Shown: positions 27,391-34,481 of the stretch, in pieces | Position numbering within the stretch: the stretch's first letter is position 1 | Layout of the letters: each line of letters starts with the position of its first letter | Origin: a virus | Lineage: Duplodnaviria > Caudoviricetes | DNA: 64,000 bases | Virus record (IMG/VR): IMGVR_UViG_3300025030_000042 | Reading direction: 5' to 3' (one strand) | Made by a program: the position numbers and the translations under genes | The notes under the pieces: generated by a model | Told to the model about the DNA's origin: nothing | The model's database searches: none | Seen by the model: only the letters and a program-made list of their open reading frames with translations

Positions 27391-28345
27391 TTAATAAAAT
27401 CCGGTTAAACGAATAATAGAGTTCATCCCAGTTCCACTCTCCAAGTCCATCATAAGCCATCATAGAAAGAAGTTTGGTCTTATTAAAAATAAGTTCTTTA
27501 TTCTCCATCATATTCTGAATCATTTGCTTTGATTGAATACTGATTGACGGAGAGTATAACTGGGTTATCTTGTAGTTTTCAACTATTTTTTGTTGTTCCC
27601 GCACAAGATTTTCATATGCCTTGAGTTTTGATCCTTCATTTACTTTTTCTTGAGCAAAATCAACAAGTTCTGGAATAGTATATGATTTATTCTTCGACAA
27701 GAAAGAAAACCTATTTGCTACAGTAGAAAGACCGATGCCGGAAACCCCTTCAATATTGTCTCCCTTATCTCCAGCAATAGATCTTGCTAAAGCAAAGTTT
27801 GTCGGATGTATTTTATATTGTTCTACGATTCTTTTTGTATTTAAAATCTCATCTTTAATGGGGCGATATAAAAGAGTTTTATCACTGTGAAGTAGTTGAA
27901 TGAAATCTTTATCTGAAGAATAAACTATTTTTTGATGTAACTCCATAAAATGTGTTTGGCACAAAAAAGCAATAACATCATCCGCTTCAACTCCCTCAAT
28001 AATGACTTGATAAATCGGCATTAAATCATAATATTCACCAAGTCTCGTCATTTGCTGAATATTATTTTGTCTCTCTTCATTTTCGTTGAGTTGAAACTGA
28101 CGATTTAAGCGAAGAGGTTTGCGACCTTGTTTATATTGTTTATTGATCGTCCTTCTTTTTTGAGATCCGCCAGCACCATCATAAACAATAATGATCTTAT
28201 CCGGTTTAGTTAAACGAACGATCTTTTGAATAGATTTGAGGGTTCCAACGATACCGCCAGAAGGATATCCATCTTTATTCAAGGTTGGATTTACGACATA
28301 GTTTCGTATAAACAAGTTTGAGTTATCTATTATTAAGTATCGCAT
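27374..28345 (-). CDS. 5'-3' exonuclease / flap endonuclease (PolA N-terminal or T4 RNase H type)
   Basis: IDNSN, VYDG, YKQGR, EADDVI, SSDKDF, GDKGDNIEGVSGIG. Confidence 0.9.
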   Translation of the reverse strand: MRYLIIDNSNLFIRNYVVNPTLNKDGYPSGGIVGTLKSIQKIVRLTKPDKIIIVYDGAGGSQKRRTINKQYKQGRKPLRLNRQFQLNENEERQNNIQQMTRLGEYYDLMPIYQVIIEGVEADDVIAFLCQTHFMELHQKIVYSSDKDFIQLLHSDKTLLYRPIKDEILNTKRIVEQYKIHPTNFALARSIAGDKGDNIEGVSGIGLSTVANRFSFLSKNKSYTIPELVDFAQEKVNEGSKLKAYENLVREQQKIVENYKITQLYSPSISIQSKQMIQNMMENKELIFNKTKLLSMMAYDGLGEWNWDELYYSFNRILLNERSS

Positions 28346-28538
28346 ATGTCTCTTCGTTGTATTTTGCCAAGTTAAAATCCGACGTATAATAGAAATTTGG
28401 TCGATAATTTATCCAATAAACCAAATAAGAATGTCTTTTCGGGCGTTTTTTAAGTATTATTCCAATGTTTAGTTTTTTTAATAATATCAGTTCTACTTTA
28501 TGATAAACCAAATCTCCAACATTTAAATCTGGTATCAT
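28323..28538 (-). CDS. Small KVGDL-family protein
   Basis: LNVGDLVYH...IGIILKK...YLVYW. Confidence 0.7.
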   Translation of the reverse strand: MIPDLNVGDLVYHKVELILLKKLNIGIILKKRPKRHSYLVYWINYRPNFYYTSDFNLAKYNEETYAILNNR

Positions 28539-28540
28539 TA

Positions 28541-28705
28541 TTATTTAACGACTTCAATGTAAGGTGATGACTTTTCACAGAATGTCGCTCTTTTGATATC
28601 AATCCAATATACCCAATATTGTAAATAATCTTCTTTAAAAACTATTCCATAGCCATTTTTAATATCATCATCTCCCGACCAAAGTATCAAACTACCTATT
28701 TTCAT
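28541..28705 (-). CDS. Small KVGDL-family protein (54 aa, not in ORF track)
   Basis: Hand translation MKIGSLILWSGDDDIKNGYGIVFKEDYLQYWVYWIDIKR... Fills the gap between its neighbours exactly. Confidence 0.65.
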   Translation of the reverse strand: MKIGSLILWSGDDDIKNGYGIVFKEDYLQYWVYWIDIKRATFCEKSSPYIEVVK

Positions 28706-28883
28706 TTTCATTATTTAAAATAGTCCAATATTCTTTAATATCATTTTTTGATTGAATAGTAAAATAACCACTATATTTTTTTGTAATATTAAAAGTATAA
28801 ATTCTAAAGTATTGAGCAGTAGTTTGAATTATTATTCCAAAATAATCACTATTAAAATATCTTATCAAATCTCCGATTTTCAT
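28692..28883 (-). CDS. Small KVGDL-family protein
   Basis: MKIGDLIRY...FGIIIQ...FRIY. Confidence 0.7.
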   Translation of the reverse strand: MKIGDLIRYFNSDYFGIIIQTTAQYFRIYTFNITKKYSGYFTIQSKNDIKEYWTILNNENENR

Positions 28884-28885
28884 TT

Positions 28886-29302
28886 TTATAACTTCAAAAT
28901 GCCGATCTTGTTATCATCCATCGTGTATACAATCTTTTTAATACCGCAAAACTTCATAATGCCATAACACATTGAACAAGGTTTTGACAAACGAAATTCG
29001 CCCTTTGTATTGATTCTAACGACATAAAGGGTTGATCCATATGTCAACGATCGACTTATTCCCAATATCGTCTTTATTTCAGCGTGACGACTGGAAAATC
29101 TATTTTCTTTCTTTTCGCAAAACCTTTTTGAAAAGGCGCAAAACTCTTTATCATTATAAGAAGCGTTTATAATCGCACCACCGCGTACAAGAACGGCACC
29201 GTGGCGCCACTTGTCGTATGTGCTTTGATACGCCTGACGCCGAGCAAGTTCCAGATAACGACTTATTTTATGGGATATTGGAATCTCTATTGAAGCAGAC
29301 AT
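28886..29302 (-). CDS. Zinc-dependent deaminase (CMP/dCMP deaminase superfamily), second copy
   Basis: RHGAVLV, HAE, SKPCSMC. Confidence 0.8.
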   Translation of the reverse strand: MSASIEIPISHKISRYLELARRQAYQSTYDKWRHGAVLVRGGAIINASYNDKEFCAFSKRFCEKKENRFSSRHAEIKTILGISRSLTYGSTLYVVRINTKGEFRLSKPCSMCYGIMKFCGIKKIVYTMDDNKIGILKL

Positions 29303-29333
29303 CTTTTTTGCCTTTCTTGGATGTCACTTCTAT

Positions 29334-29362
29334 AGAATAGCACTACTCTCCTTCTTTGTCAA
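29334..29362 (-). promoter_or_regulatory. Sigma70-type promoter TTGACA-N17-TATTCT (TGn extended)
   Basis: The -35 lies within the last codons of recA. Drives the deaminase operon. Confidence 0.65.
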
Positions 29363-30503
29363 GAACAGAAAACACTGTGTTTTCGGGAGGTTCCAGCATA
29401 TCGTCATCGCGTTCGGGACGATCGGTTCCCTTCTCTATCAAAACTTCGTCCATAATCGCAAGAACTCGATCGTGAAAACGTTTTTCCTTCAACTTATCAA
29501 GAAATGTATTAGATTGAAACTTTTCTTCTGTTCCATCTCCCATATCCATCGTAAACCAAGCACCACTGTTCTTTACATAAGAAGTTGATTTAATCGCTTC
29601 CATCCAACTTTCTTGATCCATAATACCAAGTTTATCGCCAGCCCATAGAATCTTGAAACTACAAGTTCTTCCCTCTCTCCCGAACCTTGATTTTTTAATA
29701 GTCGCTTTTACCTCAGATCCGATTTGTTGTTCATTTTCATCTAAAATATAACTTGCTTTACCGCGACGCATTGTTAGATATATTCTCCAACTTGCCGCAA
29801 ATATTAAACTCTTTCCTCCGGGGGTTACATACGGATCAATATATTTTTCTGCGACGCTATTTGTAATATTTGTTTTTAGTTGATTTAATACCAGTAATAT
29901 TGAGCCGTGATTTGCCAATGGAATAACAAGTTTTGAAAATCCTTTGGATAATATCCTTGCCTTAACCCCTATAGATGAGTTAGGATTAAAATCTCCTTCA
30001 ATATCGTTTATTGAAGGAGTCATCGCCAATGAATCCCAGATAAATATATATGGCTTTGGGCTTTGCCCCATAAGTTCTTCTATTGTCTCTAAAACATATT
30101 CTACACTTGTTGCTTGAACATAAATAAAATCATCAAGATCTATTCCCATTCGTTGAATAAATCCACTGTCGATCGCAGACTCGGAATCAAAATATACGAC
30201 CGTATATCCTTTCTTCATAGCATTTCCGGCAATCTGGATTGCCATATAAGATTTGCCCGATCCAGAAAGCCCACTTAACTCTATAATTTTAGATTTTGGA
30301 ACTCCCCCCATTTGTCCCTTACAAATAATACTATCCAACCAACGCGAACCAGTAGATATCCATTCTTTGACATCGGTTGGATTTTCTTTGGTTAAATCGT
30401 AAGCAACGGTCATTCCTGCTTTTTTATTTATTCTATCGCGGAGTTCTTGAATGGAAGGTGCTTTATCGTTATTTTCGTCTTTTTCTTTCTTTGGTCTCGC
30501 CAT
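29343..30503 (-). CDS. recA: RecA/UvsX recombinase
   Basis: ISTGS, GLSGSGKS Walker A, DSE, WDSLA, LNQLK, TPGGK. Confidence 0.92.
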   Translation of the reverse strand: MARPKKEKDENNDKAPSIQELRDRINKKAGMTVAYDLTKENPTDVKEWISTGSRWLDSIICKGQMGGVPKSKIIELSGLSGSGKSYMAIQIAGNAMKKGYTVVYFDSESAIDSGFIQRMGIDLDDFIYVQATSVEYVLETIEELMGQSPKPYIFIWDSLAMTPSINDIEGDFNPNSSIGVKARILSKGFSKLVIPLANHGSILLVLNQLKTNITNSVAEKYIDPYVTPGGKSLIFAASWRIYLTMRRGKASYILDENEQQIGSEVKATIKKSRFGREGRTCSFKILWAGDKLGIMDQESWMEAIKSTSYVKNSGAWFTMDMGDGTEEKFQSNTFLDKLKEKRFHDRVLAIMDEVLIEKGTDRPERDDDMLEPPENTVFSVLDKEGE

Positions 30504-30538
30504 ATTCTCCTTTCTCCTATAATATCAATATGTTACTA

Positions 30539-30623
30539 CTGTGAGAGTAGGATTCGAACCTATGATGGGCTTTTCGCCAACAGATTAACAATCTGCTCTC
30601 TGCTTCCGCTCGAGTACCTCACA
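30539..30623 (-). tRNA. tRNA-Asn(GUU) with long variable arm, no encoded CCA
   Basis: Acceptor UGUGAGG/UCUCACA, D-loop GG, anticodon arm GCAGA-UUGUUAA-UCUGU, 16-nt variable region, T-loop UUCGAAU, G73. Confidence 0.85.
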
Positions 30624-30627
30624 TTAA

Positions 30628-30699
30628 ATCCGAAGGTGGAACTTGAATCCACATCTCTCCTCTACAATAAGGAGGCTTTACCAGTTAAGCTACTTCGGA
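30628..30699 (-). tRNA. tRNA-like gene with abnormal anticodon loop (undetermined isotype)
   Basis: Acceptor UCCGAAG/CUUCGGA, D-arm GCUU-AACUGGUA-AAGC, T-arm GUGGA-UUCAAGU-UCCAC. The anticodon arm folds with a 6- or 8-nt loop. Confidence 0.7.
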
Positions 30700-30717
30700 T
30701 TTTATTCTATTATTTAG

Positions 30718-30969
30718 TTAGTTAAGCCAACTCCAGTTTTCTCGTCGCACAATACGACCCACCTGCGAACGAGAAACATAAAATGCTTCAGCAAGTTCGG
30801 ATTGAGTCCAACCTTGTCGATAAAGAATCCGAATTCTCTTAACTTCTCCCGGAGTTAAAAACGCATGTGAACTTGGAAGCGCATTCGTTTGACGGACTAC
30901 CGCAAATCCAAGATTTCGCAGTGTCTTGGTGAGATCTGATACTGACGCTGTTGTGTTTGTTCGTGACAT
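30718..30969 (-). CDS. Small helix-turn-helix DNA-binding protein
   Basis: LTPGEVKRIR...WTQSELAEAFYVSRSQVGRIVRRENW. GGAGG RBS before ATG 30969. Confidence 0.8.
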   Translation of the reverse strand: MSRTNTTASVSDLTKTLRNLGFAVVRQTNALPSSHAFLTPGEVKRIRILYRQGWTQSELAEAFYVSRSQVGRIVRRENWSWLN

Positions 30970-30999
30970 ATTTTCCTCCATTGGTTATGTCTACTTTTT

Positions 31000-31028
31000 C
31001 TATCGCTCAACCATTACCTATCGCTCAA
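31000..31028. repeat. Tandem 11-bp direct repeat CTATCGCTCAA, candidate operator
   Basis: Copies at 31000-31010 and 31018-31028, in the intergenic region upstream of the HTH gene. Confidence 0.55.
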
Positions 31029-31044
31029 ATCAAATACTCAATTG

Positions 31045-31245
31045 TTAAACTTCTTTTACAGACGATAAGTTACTTACACTCATCCAGTTTGAAAATGTAG
31101 CGACCAACGATACATCTTCCTTTTCTTTTGTGCCGTTCAAAAATGTAAGATATCCTTCATTAACAGAATATCTCTCTGCTTTAACTTCAAAGCGCTTTCC
31201 TGGTTGTTCTGGAGTTGGAAGTAATTCCACTACAAAAGTTTTCAT
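31045..31245 (-). CDS. Hypothetical protein
   Basis: 66-aa ORF with AGGAG RBS. Confidence 0.65.
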   Translation of the reverse strand: MKTFVVELLPTPEQPGKRFEVKAERYSVNEGYLTFLNGTKEKEDVSLVATFSNWMSVSNLSSVKEV

Positions 31246-31246
31246 T

Positions 31247-32029
31247 TTATTCTCCTGTTAACTCTTGAAATGCTTTCTCGATCGAATCCATTTCATTACT
31301 ACCGGCTTCGTCGCCTTTTTTGCTTCCGCCGGCGGCATACTTCTTTACCTCTTTTCCAAGGACGTCTCCCTCTTCATCTTTTAACATAAATTCGTTTAAA
31401 GTTTGTTCAACCTCCTTACTTGATTTACGCTCATATAAAGTTGTCAAATCAGGCAGATTTTCAAGAAGCTGCTTTGTTTTTTCTTTTGAATCCGTCATCT
31501 TTGACGTATTTCGCTTTGCTTGAATGTTTGTCTTTGCCCAACTTTGACCAGGCGCCTTTTTATAGGAAACAACAATATCCGTTCCCTTATCTACATCTGT
31601 AATATCCCCGTATTCTGGATCGACAAGCAACTTATAAAGATCTTCCCAAACCGTTTTACCGAACGACCAAATCTTGGGTGTTTGTTCTTCTTCACCACGA
31701 ACAAGAATCGTCGCAAAGAATCTTTGCGACACAAACAGTTTCTTTGCCAGAGCCATATCCTCTTGATTATTTTTTTCTTTGCCGGCGGCATATAACTTGC
31801 TGGCAAATGAACAAACTACACAATCATCTCCAAAGTTTCGCTTTGGACACAATACACCACCACGCGCAATCTCGTAATGAATATGAAAATCCTTTACCGG
31901 ATCTCCATCGGGAGATGGTAGAATACGAACTACCGCTCCATCTTCTGGCTTCCAATAGTTTGAACTTCCACCACCTTTGTTTTGGATCTTCTCCATCCTC
32001 TCCTTGATCTTATCTAGATTAAGAGCCAT
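31247..32029 (-). CDS. Single-stranded DNA-binding protein (T4 gp32-like)
   Basis: YWKP..VRILP, HY..CP..CVVC zinc site, acidic C-terminal tail ending FQELTGE. Confidence 0.85.
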   Translation of the reverse strand: MALNLDKIKERMEKIQNKGGGSSNYWKPEDGAVVRILPSPDGDPVKDFHIHYEIARGGVLCPKRNFGDDCVVCSFASKLYAAGKEKNNQEDMALAKKLFVSQRFFATILVRGEEEQTPKIWSFGKTVWEDLYKLLVDPEYGDITDVDKGTDIVVSYKKAPGQSWAKTNIQAKRNTSKMTDSKEKTKQLLENLPDLTTLYERKSSKEVEQTLNEFMLKDEEGDVLGKEVKKYAAGGSKKGDEAGSNEMDSIEKAFQELTGE

Positions 32030-32248
32030 TTATTCCTCCTTTTGGCATTCTTCTTTAAAATACTTGATCAGATATTCTATCAATTTGGTCCTATCTCTCA
32101 AAGTAGAATATTCTTTTTTCTTTTTTAATACCCTCCTAAAGTCATTGTCGTCCAACATATAATCAACATATTTGTCACAATATAAAGAATCTTCCCAATG
32201 CTCGTCTCTCATTTCTATTAGTTGTTGAACAATATCTTTGTTTTTCAT
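32030..32248 (-). CDS. Hypothetical protein
   Basis: 72-aa ORF coupled to neighbours. Confidence 0.6.
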   Translation of the reverse strand: MKNKDIVQQLIEMRDEHWEDSLYCDKYVDYMLDDNDFRRVLKKKKEYSTLRDRTKLIEYLIKYFKEECQKEE

Positions 32249-33108
32249 CTTTGTATTTCCGAACTTCGAGATATTACAAACGCAAAACTTTCATTATAAT
32301 CAGATTCATATATTCCATATGATATTTTACAACCTTTTTGTTGTTCTTTTTTCCTCTTTAGTTGTTCCTTGATTTTCAAATGAAGTGTTTTATCGGTTTG
32401 AAACACTTCGTGAGGAACAACATAGTAATAACACTTCTCCCGAACTGTGTCAAGCGGAAAAAAAGTTTTTTCTTCTCCACCAACAATCTCCATTACTCCA
32501 AGCGTAGAAATCCTTGAAATCATTGAAGTTTCCGACCAATTATTGATATGCGACGACGAGCCGTTCAAAAAATTTATAAAATGAAAAGTCCGAACCACCA
32601 CTTCGTTGATTTTTTGATGATATTCAAACATCGAAACACCATCGACTATACTTTTCTCTATTTCTCGGTTACTTAATAAAATTATTTCTTCAAACACTCC
32701 TGATCTTGTATATTCCTGAAGAACATTATATACAACTTTTTCTTGAAGAGATTTTATTTCCGATAAGAACTCTACATCGGGCTTTATATAAAGAATGTGT
32801 ATTTTTGTTCTATCTTTTATCTTTTGAAGTATCGCCAGAGTTGCTCCGGAAATAATACTTGCTCCGCAAACGACCACATATGTTTTTTCTTTGATATTCC
32901 TAAAAAAAATATCCAGACTTAAATCTGATATATATTGTTCATAATCTTCTGGGGATTTATATTTCTTTACTTTATAATGTTTAACCTTCTTGTGTTTATT
33001 AGATTCATTATCGATTGTTAAACATTGATAGTCTGGATATTGAGATATCTCGTTTGCTATATTGACGCCGGATTTTCCTATTCCCAATATTGTTATTTTT
33101 GAAGACAT
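32245..33108 (-). CDS. Divergent tubulin/FtsZ-like protein
   Basis: ITILGIGKSGVNIA (T1 loop), IDNE, VVCGASIISGA at the T4-loop position, ILYIKP, LLSN, INEVV. Confidence 0.55.
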   Translation of the reverse strand: MSSKITILGIGKSGVNIANEISQYPDYQCLTIDNESNKHKKVKHYKVKKYKSPEDYEQYISDLSLDIFFRNIKEKTYVVVCGASIISGATLAILQKIKDRTKIHILYIKPDVEFLSEIKSLQEKVVYNVLQEYTRSGVFEEIILLSNREIEKSIVDGVSMFEYHQKINEVVVRTFHFINFLNGSSSHINNWSETSMISRISTLGVMEIVGGEEKTFFPLDTVREKCYYYVVPHEVFQTDKTLHLKIKEQLKRKKEQQKGCKISYGIYESDYNESFAFVISRSSEIQR

Positions 33109-33109
33109 T

Positions 33110-33304
33110 TTATTTATTTAACTTTTTCCAACCACCAAAACTTCTTTCTGACCACCAATAAAAACTTTTATTGTTAATAGAATACCAATACATTTTATAT
33201 GAATGAGGAAGTTTTTTGATATTTATTTCAACTATTATTCCCAGGTTGTTTCCTATCGCAAACAAATCACCCACTTTATACTTTAACTTTTCGCATTTGT
33301 CCAT
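33110..33304 (-). CDS. Small KVGDL-family protein
   Basis: YKVGDLFAI..LGIIVEI...YKMYW. Confidence 0.7.
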   Translation of the reverse strand: MDKCEKLKYKVGDLFAIGNNLGIIVEINIKKLPHSYKMYWYSINNKSFYWWSERSFGGWKKLNK

Positions 33305-34469
33305 AGTTTTTTCCCATTTTCATATTGACGACAAATCTTCCAAGCGGAGTATCTTTAAACTCTTCCAACAAAGACATTAACACACTTTCATCATCTCTGT
33401 GAAAATCCAGTATAACCGAATCAAATATCATAAATGATACATACGATTTTTTATTCTCAAGGATATTATTTAATCTGCTCGCCATTACATTTACAAGATC
33501 GGAAGTTACCGACTGGTTTAAATAACTCAAGGCGTGATTTCTATCACATTGTATTTTTCGATCAAAGATAGTATTTATTTCATTTTTATTCCAATACATA
33601 TCGATCATTTTCTGGCGGTTATATAATGTTTCAAGTTTTGATTTGGCGTCCATATTATATAACCAAGAAAATGTCTCTTTTTTTATTTGCTCCCGCGTCA
33701 TATCTGACTGTTTAAAAATATTGTTGCAGTTCCACTCGTGAATATCATTTTGCGGTTGTTTCTCTCCCAGCATAGCAAGCATCACGCGGAGGTCGCAAGC
33801 ATTATAATCAAACTCCACGAAGAAATCGTTATTTGGCAACAAAACCCGCCGTAGCTCGCGCCGTAGATTTAAAATAGGGAAACTGCCATTTTTTGTTGTG
33901 AGGCGCCCTGTGACCGACCCAAAAAGATTATATTCAACGTTGCTTGCCCCATTTTTCACTTTATTGTGTAAAGCAGAAATACCGGCGACATCAAAATTCT
34001 GAATCATAAAACTTTTATCAAAGTTTAAGTTTCTATATTTAATATCCGCAATAAGTTTAGTTATATCCAACAATAGATCGTAGTTGTTTGGTCTTGAATA
34101 TGTTTCAAAAACATATTTAGTTATATCCATTTTAACTTTACAATATTGTGTCAATATTTCAACAGGAACAAGATCAAAAAAACATACATTATTGAGATTT
34201 ACTTTCGCTTCAACAAAAGATCGATAATATGCTTTAAGTTTTTCTTTTATATTATCCCAATCGTTTTTCAAATATTCTGGGCATATTTCATCAATAGGTT
34301 GACCACAATATAAAAAAGCATACTCTATATTTTCTTTATGTTTTAACCATTGTGAATAGTTCCAAGTATGCGAAAGTTCGTTCGGTATCTTATCAAAATA
34401 AAGCATACCGCTTTCGTCATAAAAGCCAATACAGTTTTGTTTGTCGTCAAATGATTGAAAGAAAGTCAA
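33276..34469 (-). CDS. Compact family A DNA polymerase (polymerase domain only)
   Basis: VTGRLT, motif A EFDYNACDLR, motif B R..IKK..F.WLY, motif C IFDS. Confidence 0.8.
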   Translation of the reverse strand: MTFFQSFDDKQNCIGFYDESGMLYFDKIPNELSHTWNYSQWLKHKENIEYAFLYCGQPIDEICPEYLKNDWDNIKEKLKAYYRSFVEAKVNLNNVCFFDLVPVEILTQYCKVKMDITKYVFETYSRPNNYDLLLDITKLIADIKYRNLNFDKSFMIQNFDVAGISALHNKVKNGASNVEYNLFGSVTGRLTTKNGSFPILNLRRELRRVLLPNNDFFVEFDYNACDLRVMLAMLGEKQPQNDIHEWNCNNIFKQSDMTREQIKKETFSWLYNMDAKSKLETLYNRQKMIDMYWNKNEINTIFDRKIQCDRNHALSYLNQSVTSDLVNVMASRLNNILENKKSYVSFMIFDSVILDFHRDDESVLMSLLEEFKDTPLGRFVVNMKMGKNYGQMRKVKV

Positions 34470-34481
34470 ATCGACACGCTT

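Noticed and set aside
32245-33108. Nucleus-forming jumbo phage (chimallin + PhuZ)
   Set aside because: The tubulin-like call is weak, no shell protein is recognisable, and sigma70-type promoters imply host RNA polymerase access to the DNA.
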